A stretch of 64,000 nucleotides of DNA from Octopus sinensis (Eukaryota). The stretch covers positions 22,134,001 through 22,198,000 of the forward strand of contig NC_043016.1 in the NCBI RefSeq assembly GCF_006345805.1, read 5' to 3'. The notes below the pieces were generated by a model. The model did not search any database. It was given only the letters and a program-made list of their open reading frames with translations, and was not told the origin of the DNA. Below, one piece after another: positions 52,431 through 64,000 of the stretch. Every line of letters begins with the position of its first letter. The stretch's first letter is position 1. The translations under genes were made by a program, and so were the position numbers.

Positions 52431-53775
52431 TTTGTTACCTGCCCCTATGTATGTATTTGTGTGTGTGTACGTGTGTGTGTGTATGGGTAGATATATTATG
52501 CATGTATATATGTGTACATATTACATGTACATCTATATATATATATATACATCTACACATAAAATACAAAATAGAAAGTTATATCTTGATATCGCTAATG
52601 ATAACAATACTCAAAATATATAACAGACTGGAATTGTAGGCCCATCTCTTACAATTTCGATCAATTGGATCTTGTCTTCCCTCTTGTATAGAAGTGTACG
52701 GCTGCAGCGAAATTCATTTTTGGACTTTCTTCTATCAAAGGCATTTTAACAAAAATGCTTCCATAAAGACGGTGAAAATATTGTCAATTTCCCCAAACAG
52801 GGACACAATTCAATTTTAAAACAATAACCAAAGCCCCTTCTCCGAAAGGAGGAGGGTTACGGTTTACAATTATTTAACAAATGCAACACAACAACGTTTC
52901 CCTGACAAGGAACCAACAAACGTGATTACAATAGTCAAACAGTAATAATAATAACAACAAACCTTTTTAATGTATCCCCATTATGTGAAACCACTTATTC
53001 AAGTTCAAGTCATTGATGCAATTTTATACGAATTGCTAATACACACACACATAATAAGGGTGAAAAATTGAATATTAATTTGATTAATATGAATTGAAAA
53101 CCAGTGGTGTAGCATATAAGACCATAGCGGATCTTCTTCTAGCAAAAAGGATGACCAGTATTATACATAAATATTTCGCTTTGGCATTGTGAGACTAATA
53201 ACCTGGTGTAGAATTCAATATACATATGTTTCAGAACAAAGTGCTAGATGAATATAGAGCAGTAATTAGAAAGAGAGATGTCACAGGAAGAACAATTGTT
53301 ATGTTATGACCTTCATCAACTTACAGCTATTTCTGCTATAAGATGCAGTGGAATCATAGTTGAATGCCTGAGTAACATCCTATATATCAGGGATGTGCCA
53401 CCTAGGTAGGCAAGGTAGGTAGTGCCTACCTTGAATAAAATAGATCAATAGCAACATTTTCCTTTTATGGCAAAATATGCACCTAATTCAAGAAAAGTAT
53501 GATGGTTACTCTGATTACTATGCATAAAAGGCAAAATATCTTATATTTTTGTAGATTAGGTAGGCATAATTCACTCCTGCTTTTCAGTTTCAGTATTTAA
53601 GCTATGCATAGTACTGCTTACAGTCCTACAACACCATTTTCTTTACGGGCTATAAAGGTAGAAGTAAATCTGCCTTCAACTCAGTTGTGTGCCTGTGTTT
53701 TGCGTATTTTTTGTGTTTTACTACATAAAGGCCACCAACTGCCTACCCGGAGTAATTACTGATGGCATGTGCCTG

Positions 53776-53807
<32 letters not shown>

Positions 53808-53869
53808 ATGCGTGCATGTGTGTGTGTGTGTGTGTGCATGCGTGCGTGCATGTGTGTGTGTCCATCTAT

Positions 53870-56220
53870 TCATTGATCCATCTCAGACTACCATTCCTGG
53901 GAGTAGTCCTCAGGCACCTCCTCCATAGAGACCTATTAGAAGCAACTGTCAATAGACTTCCTGGACCGAGACTATGGATATCATCCAAAAAGTTCTATTC
54001 TTGATCTATACCTTGGTCTTCTACCAGTTGACTCATCTTGAAGAATCTGTCTTGTGGTTCTTTCCTGTGATGTTCTAATCATAGAGCTGCAGTATCAGAG
54101 CTGTGACCTCTCAACACAGAGAAGTAGTGGCTCAATCTGGAGAGACTTCCTGATCACCAAGCTATGCACCTTGTCAGGTAACTTTACTCCAGAGATATTC
54201 CAGGGGAATCTCATTTCAGTTGCTGGTATTCACAATCATACTCCATACTCTTTCAGTCATTATTCATGACCATTGGGAAGGACAGGCACAGAAACCAAAC
54301 AAGGAGATAGCAAATTTGGCTGGATTTTTTTTTACTATCCTCTTCTCTTCTGAGGACTAAATGTTGAAGCACCAGCAACCCTAGCGTCCACTTCAGCTTC
54401 TGCTTCCCATTACTTTTGAATATGGCCTTGAGATACTTTATCTTCTCCACTTACCTCGGTAATGTTCCACCAATATCTAGAATGCACTGGGAAGATTTTG
54501 AGTGGACCAATGTCTCCATCTTCACAATACTTAATTCTTATCATCCCTGTGTTGCAGCATTTAGCAGTGAACCCATTCAGTACATGCTGAAGATTGCCTT
54601 CTGATGATCCAAGTAGTGTCATAGCATCTGCAAATATCAGCTGACCAATCTTACATCCACTTATTGTGATTCTACTTCCATAACACAGCTGTGCATGTCA
54701 ATCCAATTCATAAAAATTATGAAAAGGAGAGGTGACAATATACACCCCTACCAAAGTCCAACGACCACATTGAAAGTTTTGGTATCATTTACTCAACACA
54801 GACATCTGGGCATTCATATATAGAGACTTCATGGCAAGGAGAAGTTGCCCATTAATCCTAAACTACTGCAAAATGCTCCACAGCATGCACCACTGCATAT
54901 TATCATATATCTCTTCAAGGTATATGAAGCAAGTATACAAATCCTGGCCATATTCCAATAATTTCTTGAAGCCCTGCCATATAGTGAGTATCAGGTAGGT
55001 TGTGTTGCATCCAGAATAGAAGCCACACTGTTCTTCAGTTATCTTGGGCTTAACAATTTCCCTACATCTCTTTTCCAGACACTTGGCTTTACAAGAGTGG
55101 CTCAAGAAGGAGATTCCTCTATAATTAGAACACTTTTTCTTGTCTCCCTTTTCACAAATTTGTGTTTTTCTAGAGATCCAAACCACCTGGCTTACACAAG
55201 TTACCTAAACAATACCTTCTTTATGTAAGGCTTTTTTACTTTCAAGCTGAATTCCATTCTCTCCAGTGGCATTGCCACATTTAAGTGCTTTAATTGCCTC
55301 GATGACCTCAGTCCTTGTGAAGTTAATTTTCACCTCATGTCCATAAGAAAATCTTATCATGATTGGATTTAGGAGATCAGCAAAGTATTCTCTCCACCTC
55401 CCAAGAATGCTCTTATCTATAGAGAGAAGAATTCCAGTCAGCTTCTTAATGGCAGGTGTGGAAAAGGGTCTATTGTTATGAATTCAGTGGATTGTCTGCC
55501 AGAATACTTTACTGGCCAATCTAAAGTCAGAGTCTCAAAATCCTCCAATGACTTGGCTTTGGACATTTTTACTGTCTCTGTTGCAACTTTTCACACACAA
55601 AAGCGGAGCCTTGTTTTCAAGCTGACCTATGTAAGCCCCCTTCTTTGCTTCCTGGTAAAACTAAGGTGTTCTTTGACTATCTAGTACTACATTGAATTGC
55701 TTTCATCCACAGCATTGTGCAGCCAAAGAAGAAACTGTTGGGCAAAACAATTGCTTTCAACATATTTAGTTTGTTCAAGCTCTTTGAATATTGATGAAAT
55801 AGTATCAGCATATGATTCTGATTCTATCATCTATCAGGGCTTTCCATTTTATTCTGTAAGTCAAGTTATCACTGCTGTAGATTGTATCAGGTCAGAGACA
55901 TCTAGGTGATGATGATCAGTTCTTGGCTTCACTTCTCTCTTTATACAAATGTCCAGCATAAAATCAGAGAGGTCAGAAATGATAAAATCTATCCCTAAAC
56001 CAGGTATATTTATGGATATCCTTGTGCTGAAAAAATGTTCATAATAGAGAGTCCATTTCCAATATAGAACTCTAGTAAGGCTTTCCATTCACACTGAGTA
56101 TAGGATTGCCATTCTTACCAATCACTCCTTCCTGGTGATTTGTGCCAATATGTGCTTTGAAGTCTCCTTGTTAAACAAATGATTCAGTCTTAACTAAATC
56201 CTTATTGTCCCCGGTGGAGC
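53870..56220 (-). mobile_element. Decayed RTE-type LINE (APE plus RT)
   Basis: KGDKKKCSNYRGISFLSH..EEQCGF, IDFII..RTDHHHL, EKIKYL, and a 3' (GA/AT)-rich end near 53875. Confidence 0.8.
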
Positions 56221-57160
56221 AATTTTCTGAGCATGTTCTACCCACTTATCAATCCCAATTTCTCAAATCTGGTTGTTAATACTCTCAACGCCCCTCCAAC
56301 TACAGGGATGACAGTCACTTTTTTCATTGCTCACATTTGTGTAATTTTATCTTTTAGTAGTTTCTACTTTTCAATCTATTCCAGCTCTTTGTCACCTGCT
56401 CATGCATCCCCAGGTAATCTAAGATCTTGCTTTTCTTCTTTTTATCCACTACAATAATGTCTGGTCTCCAAGTTTCAATCACTGAGTTACACTGGATTGT
56501 AAAATCCCATAAGAGCTTATACTCATTATTCTCAGTGACACCTTCTGCTTCATGTTCATACCATTTTTGTGTCCTTTCAAAACTGAATTTCTCACACAAT
56601 CTCCAGTGAACAAACTTGGCTACCTTATTATGCCTCCTTTTGTATTTCTTTTGGACCAATTTGCAACACTCAGTCACAATATGTGGGATTGTTTCATTTT
56701 TGCTGCCACACATTCTACAAAGGGACAATTCACTGCTCTTTGGAACTTGGTGTAATTAGTTCTCAGAGCTAATTCTTCGGCGCTGCATATCAATGCTTCA
56801 GTGCATCCTTTCAGATCACTTTTCCTTAGCCACCTCCAGGTTTTGGTCTTGTCTTTCTTTTCTATTTCTCTAAGGTATTGACTATGCATCATTTTCATTT
56901 TCCAGTTGTCTAATCTTTATTTTTCATCATGTTTCTTAAATGTTTCGAGGTGTATTGCATTTTCACTAAGTATTGCATTGCTATTTCTAACAGCAGCAAA
57001 CAAAGGTTCAATCTGCTGCTTGATGTACCATGCCAGACTGTTTTTCTCATTGACTACACAGATCTTGCATCCTATGAGACCTCTTTCTCCCTTGTATCTA
57101 GGTACATACAGTCTATTGATATCACTTTTAGGGTGCAGTTCCTTGTTCAGTCACTATTTT
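56220..57160 (-). mobile_element. R4/Dong-like non-LTR element, zinc knuckle plus restriction-like endonuclease
   Basis: CRMCGSKNETIPHIVTEC (CCHC), RRHNKVAKFVHWRLC, KWYEH and LLWDFTIQ..RPDIIVVDK. Confidence 0.85.
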
Positions 57161-57889
57161 CTTAATTTTTCTATCCATTTACTCAAGCTCACTGAGGCTA
57201 TGACACCTCCAACTCTTCCTTGACAGTGAACAGGTTTGGTCACCATCTATTAGACATGTTTTCCCAATCTCATCTCTGTGACGGAGCTGCAATCTTGGGT
57301 CAAGGGAAGACTGAGAGGAAGCATTTGGGGACTGGAATATCTTCAAGTGCTCACAGCCCTCAACTAGTTGGGCAGTACGACTGGTGGAAACTCCATCAGT
57401 GTGAAAGAAGTCATGTTGTGGACATGTCTGAGAGTGCTGAAGACCACACTTGCCTTTTCAGCAAAGCCCTAATTAACTTTTTTAGGTGAATGGGCCTGCT
57501 GTGAGTATGCTTTCTCTATGTGTGACCCACAAGTGTCTTTTACTGGAAAATTTATTTTGTTTGAATTTGTTTTTATATTTCTTTATATGACTTTTTACAC
57601 AGTAAAAATTACACTGTACCGTCTTGTGCCATCTATAGCATCCTAAATGTTCTTCTTCATGTAAGCCTTGATTGACTAATAAAGAAATCATCATCATTAC
57701 CATTATTATTCCTACCATACTCAGATTGTTGCAGGAAATGTTATTACTGAACTACCTGTTCACTTTCAGTGAATTAAGGTGGTACTTTCATTTCAAATCT
57801 TTAAGAATTTGCAGAAACTCCTTGCACTGCCAAGCAATACTGCTTTCTAGATATATTCTGTTTTCATTTTCCTTCCTAATATTTCCAAG

Positions 57890-59040
57890 CAATTTTTAAT
57901 TTTTTTTTACTCACTGTACCTCTGGCACCAATAATTATTTTCTACTTCTTTTTAAAAAATTCTGCAGTCACCAGAGCTATTATAAGGCATGACTTTTCTT
58001 TCTTGTTTATCAGTTTGATATCAGGTTTCCAGTATTTGACTCTATGATCACAGTGGATCATGAAGTCTCAAAGGACCTTAACTCTCACATTTTCAATGAC
58101 ACCCTTTGGCTCATGATCATAGCATTTTCTTGCTCTTCCCTCTCCAAATTTGTTACATAGTTCCCAGTGGATCATTCTGGAGAGATAGCTATGACTTTCC
58201 TGATATTCTCCCTGAGCCAATTTGCAGCATTCACCAAAAACATGCTACACTGTTTCTCTAGTTTTGCTGCACATTTTGCTTTTGTCTGATTCTGCTGATT
58301 AGTCAATTTTTACTAGGTATAATTAGTTCTTAATGCTTGTTCCTGTGCTGTTTACATCAATGCTTCCATTTCAAGTTTCAGGAAGCTTTTTTGTAACCAC
58401 AGCCATCTTTTATCAGGGCCTGTGTCCTTTGATATCTCTCTTAAGAACTGACCGTGCATCTTCTTATCTTTCAGTTGTTTTCCCTTTGTGTTTCTGCCTC
58501 TATTTTGTTAATCATTTTCTCCTGACTATTTTCTGTACATAATTGTTCAACTTCTTTACTTGTACAAGTAATGATTCTTTTGCATTCTTAATATACCAAG
58601 CAATATAGTTTTCCCTGTCTGAATACAATCCTCACAACTTATCAATCCCAACCCTCCTTGCTTTCCCTTAAGGCATACCAAGACAACATCACATTTTGGA
58701 TGGAAAGCACTGTGTATTGTTAATAGTTTTCTTGTTTTCTTATCCAAGGTTTGTAATTCTTCTGTTCTCCATTGTTACACTCCTATATTTCAAGGGGGCA
58801 ACTGCTCATGAATTTATTGCTTGGGTCTTGTTCCTCCGATTCAATTTAGTTTTCAAAATCAATTTCAGCCTTCCATAATATGCCTGAGAGAATTCATTTG
58901 ACTTTCCCTCAATTAACCAACTTCCATTACACCCAGATTCCTTTATCCTTCTTTGTCTATTCTCTTCATTATCTCTCCCATGAGCAACTTCACACCATCC
59001 ACTTGTTGGACTTTACCTCTTTTAGAGTCACCACACCAGG
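57890..59040 (-). mobile_element. Second R4/Dong-like fragment
   Basis: DKKTRKLLTIHSAFHPKCDV..GGLGLISCEDC; IHWELC motif near 58155-58175. Confidence 0.7.
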
Positions 59041-59709
59041 ACATCAACAACAGGCAAAATATATATATATACATATATATATACCACAGCACAAAAGCAA
59101 TGTATTTCATTCTAGTAATTAATTCACGTTGCAACGATTAACTGCTATACAAATTGGGGCAGGCTAATTTAGATGCGTCTGAGTTCATGTGCAATATAAA
59201 TATATATGTCACTATGCTTTGCAGTCAGGAAAAAAAAAAGTTAACCGATCCCTGATGAAGCAGTTAAAAAAGCTGAAACTAATCCTTTTTCTGGTCAGTG
59301 TGGAAAACGTGGCTTAACCAAAATATCTACATCTCACAGCAAGGCTAAATGTGTTTACTAAAAATACACGCTGTAAATCAACCTTACATCTCTCTCTCTC
59401 TCTCTCAATATATATATATATATATATATATATATGACAGACAGAGATTCACGTAAGTGTAAACATGAGTATGAAATAACGGTACACAATACTGAAAGTG
59501 GAGTGATATAATTTATTGAATGGAAACTCCAACGTCTCAATTCGTTCGATATTTCGAGTTTCTCGATATATATAGATATATGGATGGATGTGCATGTGTA
59601 CTAATAATTGTTGATAGATGGAAAGACGGAGAGAAAGTGAGGAAGGTAGACAGGGACATATGCATAGGTAGAAAGACAGAGAGTAGGTACAGTGACTACA
59701 TTTCAAGCA

Positions 59710-59775
59710 TATTTCTCCCCCTTGCGCTCGCCCCACGCCTCTTACAACAACTTCCGGTGTAAACCGACATGGCTT
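59710..59775. promoter_or_regulatory. Housekeeping-type promoter (ETS and YY1-like motifs), possibly bidirectional
   Basis: GC-rich CCCCTTGCGCTCGCCCCACGCC, CTTCCGG at 59751 (ETS core on minus), GACATGGC overlapping the ATG. CpGs are retained from about 59.1 kb onward. Confidence 0.55.
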
Positions 59776-59812
59776 CGAACTTTGTTCTCTTTTATCATGG
59801 TTTCTCGGCTCT
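59769..59812 (+). CDS. Possible first coding exon of an unidentified gene (MASNFVLFYHGFSA..)
   Basis: GACATGG Kozak context directly after the promoter motifs; possible donor |GTAAAG at 59813. No downstream exon recognised. Confidence 0.35.
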
Positions 59813-59824
59813 GTAAAGCTATGA

Positions 59825-60020
59825 CTTTTACTGACTTGGCTGGATTCAACTAAGCTTCGTTTGGCTTTGCTTTGACTAGCTTGCTTGCTTAACTAGCTTG
59901 GCTTAGATTAGAGCTTGTCTAGCTTTGTTTGGCTTGATTAGCTTTTAACTTGGCTTAGCTTAGCTTGGCTAGCTTGTCTAGCTTGGCTGGCTTGTCTTGG
60001 CTCGACTTGACTAGCTTGGA
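59825..60020 (+). repeat. Degenerate short tandem repeat (CTAGCTTGG/GCTTG units)
   Basis: Directly visible. Confidence 0.85.
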
Positions 60021-61895
60021 TCCACGACAAATATATTCATAGACGGAAAACACATGTACACGCGGAAAAAGTCTTTGTTCTTAAACCCCTGTCGGCATAC
60101 CAACGGGACAATCAAACATCGTTTATCGAAGAGGTGTGTTTGCAATTTTGATCATTTATCTTTCTAGACCTTACGAAAGTTGCAAATCTCTCACACACAC
60201 TCACTCTCTGTATCTGTCCTCTGTCGGCTTTCCTATTCGTCTCCTTTTCTCTGTCACTCATCTTCTATTTATTTGTCCGACTGTTTGTTTATCTATGTGT
60301 AGTTATTGCTACTTAGCCCTAGGTCAGCATTGATCCAATAGAACTATAATCTAAGTCGTTCGAATCACGACTATACAATATCTAGTGTATAATAGAATAT
60401 AACTTTGTATATAGTTTATCTCGTTGTTTAGTTCCATTTCAGGCTCTGAGCGAGCAGACTTACGATCAAGGGCGTTCCAGCCGTGACTATACTGTCTTTT
60501 ATTCATTTGATCTTTCTAATGTCTTTCTGCATGAAAATGGGTAGTGGTGGTTTTTAGAGAAATTTGTCTACTATTTTCAGCAAACTGAGCGACCGTTTAG
60601 AGCCCCCGTCGCTCTCTAGCTTGTGTGTGTATTACGGTGCCCAATGTGCCCTTCATATTTTAAGACAGTGTGATTTGGAGGGAGATTCCCTCGCTATTTC
60701 TAGCGACTTGAGTGACTCATATATAGTATTACACACACACACACACACATATTTATTAAATTTTAGTCCTTTGGATCGCATTATTTAACATCTTTGTAGT
60801 GAAAGGTTGAGTTATTTCTAGCATGTTATGTGACCCCGCAAACTAGAGATTTCCTTGGTGGGTTGCACGTCTAGTTCTATCTTTGGCAAACTATATAAAA
60901 GCTGCGGCTCCATAAGAGCCAAACTTTATATGGTCGACATACATGCCAACCTGTCATCAAACCATTACAATTACTACTACTAAGTTACAGTTTCAACGCC
61001 TAGTTTTTCTCCCCCAAATCCAGTTAACCCATATATATATATATATATCACTAATTCAAATGATAGGTTTAATTTCGTGACTATCAACTAATTTTCTATT
61101 TAATAACTAAATTTTCACCGATTAGTCGATAAATCAAACATCCGTTATATTCTGGGGTTGATGTTCATAATCTTTAATACCTCATTACTTTCAACAGTTC
61201 TTTTTGCAAGAACTATGATGTATTAAGTGTTTGGGGGAACGTTGTTTCTTAACACATACACTCATTTTGCTTATTGAAATTCACTACCCTTCAATATGTA
61301 ATAAATCGTTACTGTTTTTCTATAAGAACGGACACCGTGTAGTCCCTAGTGCATTAAAAGACGGATGGTCGCGGGTGGAATGACTTTGAACATAAGGTCT
61401 ACTTAGTCACAACTGACGTGGAGTTGAACTATAACAGATTAAGTAGTTTAAAGCCCAATATTGTGAAAGTAAACTAAACTGCTTTGGCACTGAAATATTT
61501 AAACTATGAGAATATATTCTATTGTGTACCCTGCCTCACATTTCATGGCAAAAACTTCTTAATGCTGGTTTATTTGAACTCTGAATAATGTTTCTTCCGA
61601 AATGACTAATTTACAACGGTACATAGGCCAAACAAGTGACATACACATTCAAACAAGCTCGTTGGTTGTCGTTGTGTAACTCCAGGCTACACCTGCTCCA
61701 ACAGAGCTAGAATCAAAAGAGGGTCACAGTCGTGACCATCCCATTTGTTTTCTTATATTTATTCATTTTCAAATGTAGTTCATTATGTATTGAGTGTTAT
61801 TACAGAAAGATTTGGCTATTATGCTTTGCATTTCTCGAGCTTATGTAGAGGCACCCTCCCCGGTTGCACACCTAGTGTGTGTGAGTGTATGTGTA

Positions 61896-61949
<54 letters not shown>

Positions 61950-61972
61950 TATATAATAATATATATATATAT

Positions 61973-62004
<32 letters not shown>

Positions 62005-62006
62005 CA

Positions 62007-62051
<45 letters not shown>

Positions 62052-62365
62052 TATATATATATTATATATATATATATACATACACATAGGCCGGTTACAA
62101 AACACGATCATTGTATATACACACAAGAAATCCGTTTTTCTTACAGATATAGACATGTGCGCGTATGTATATGTACCACACACACATATAAGCCTGTATA
62201 TTGCTATGCATACATATGTATATTTATGTATGTGCGTAATGTATATATATATATATATATATATTGTTATACATATATTGTATCTAGGACTACTTTACTC
62301 TATGTGGCCTTCACATTTGTTTTGTTTTGGGTGAGTTTGGGGTTTTTTCTTACTGTAAAGTGTAA

Positions 62366-62425
62366 TGAGGGCGATTTGGCTGCAACTTCTTATCTTGAAG
62401 AGGCCCACGCAAAGGACCCCCTTCT
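62366..62425 (+). repeat. Short dispersed repeat (GAGGGAGATTTGGCTGCTATTTCTAG family)
   Basis: Related copies near 1118, 27015, 27202, 29510, 60550, 60668, 60800, 61805 and 63895-63957 (-). Confidence 0.65.
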
Positions 62426-62733
62426 TGTCTATTCATTCGCTGGGTTTATTTTATCTGGTTCAACCACCTCGTCCTATATGTGACAAGTTCAACTGTGTCA
62501 CACACTAGTTGTTGTTTCATACCTAAGCATGAAGTCAGACATTTATGTGTCTATACATTAGTCACAAACCACTTATTTATTTTGCTTTAAAATTGTCAAA
62601 ACTATCGGATCGGACGAGATAGGACCACCACCCACCGCTAGTGTATTTATAGCAGGTACTATGTACTATATATATATATATATATATAATTACATTATAG
62701 TTCGTATATACATATTTATCTCTCTCTTTCTCT

Positions 62734-62765
<32 letters not shown>

Positions 62766-62899
62766 TATATGTATATATATATATGTAATATATATTATAT
62801 ATATATATATATAATATATGTGTATACATACATACACATTCATGTAAAGAGAGAGTCTTATATATATTACATTATTTATACACTTATATTGAGATATAT

Positions 62900-62950
<51 letters not shown>

Positions 62951-63602
62951 TATGTAATAGGTACGTATGTATGTATTATATATTGGTCTTGTAATAATGA
63001 AGTTTGCTTCACAAACACGTGAATCGAGATTCGATCCCACTGCTCGGCATTTTGTGTGTCATTCAATATTACCATCGTGTTGAAGATTCCTTAAAAGTTG
63101 AATTTTATAAACAGAAAGTATGCATAACCATATTTTTGGTCATTGCCATCCATCCATACACGCACGCTCGCAAACCGGTGCTGGTCGTGCTTATGTTGTG
63201 TCTTTTTTGTCCCGTAGTTTACTGGTTCGACCAAATAAGTAATTAATAAATAAATACCAGACTGAAAACCATAATGGGCTTCGTATTAATTAAACCCTGA
63301 AAAATCTCAGTATGGCTGCAATTGAATATATATATATATGCAAGTACGTAAAAATACACACACACATTTGTATAATGTTGATGACTCAAATCATTTCTTT
63401 GCTCGCTACTCAGAGTTTTGGTATCAATGCGTTTTCATTCAGACGTTATCGGAACACATATTTCCTCCAATATGCCTATCTTGGATGCATTGTGCGAAAC
63501 TCCAAGTCGCTAAGGGAGTGAGCCAGCAACGTTTAAGCAAATAAATAATTCTCTGCTACGTTGTGTGTGTGTGTATGTATGTATAATGTGTGTATGTATG
63601 TA

Positions 63603-63647
<45 letters not shown>

Positions 63648-64000
63648 CAAACACACACAAACATGTGTGTGTGTGTATGTTTTCTTCCTTCTGTTTAATA
63701 TTCTATCTATCCAATGTCCACATCTAGATTCATTTACATTCAGTGCGTCAAAGCGAATTATTTCAGTTGTGCTTTCTTATAGATCAATACTTCTAAAAAT
63801 TTCATTCATATTCATCTCATTGTTTGAAGATCTGCTTCTTTTTATTGTCGTCTGCTCTTCCAATTTTATCCCAAACAAGTCTCAAAGATATTAGTGGCTC
63901 CTCTACGTAGGGTTGATTTTCGTTCGACTCCCTGGAAATAACAGCAAATCTCCCTCGTATGAAAGGTACATTACAAAATGTGTACCTATATATATATATA

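Overview
AT-rich, microsatellite- and transposon-dense eukaryotic DNA. The SINE families look like those of octopus (cephalopod) genomes; this is inferred from recall, not from a search. Host genes: (1) the last coding exons of an FHIP1/FAM160A-family gene on + (1196-1386 and 16961-17220); (2) a probable unidentified minus-strand gene whose two exons (37566-37637, 31847-32035) join in frame into an 86-aa protein, with several apparently non-coding minus-strand exons nearby; (3) a CpG-retaining promoter near 59.75 kb with a possible first coding exon. The rest is decayed mobile DNA: tRNA-derived SINEs (some in tandem arrays), CR1/L2-group, RTE and R4/Dong-like LINEs, Penelope-like fragments, palindromes carrying hammerhead-ribozyme cores, mariner and DD37D (maT) transposons, a solo LTR and a Helitron with an intact 3' end. 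Almost all other listed ORFs are microsatellite artefacts. I found no prokaryote-type system such as CRISPR. The best leads are the small-ORF gene, the hammerhead palindromes and a short repeat resembling the 7SK 5' end; all remain hypotheses. Repeat boundaries are read by eye and approximate unless terminal motifs are quoted.
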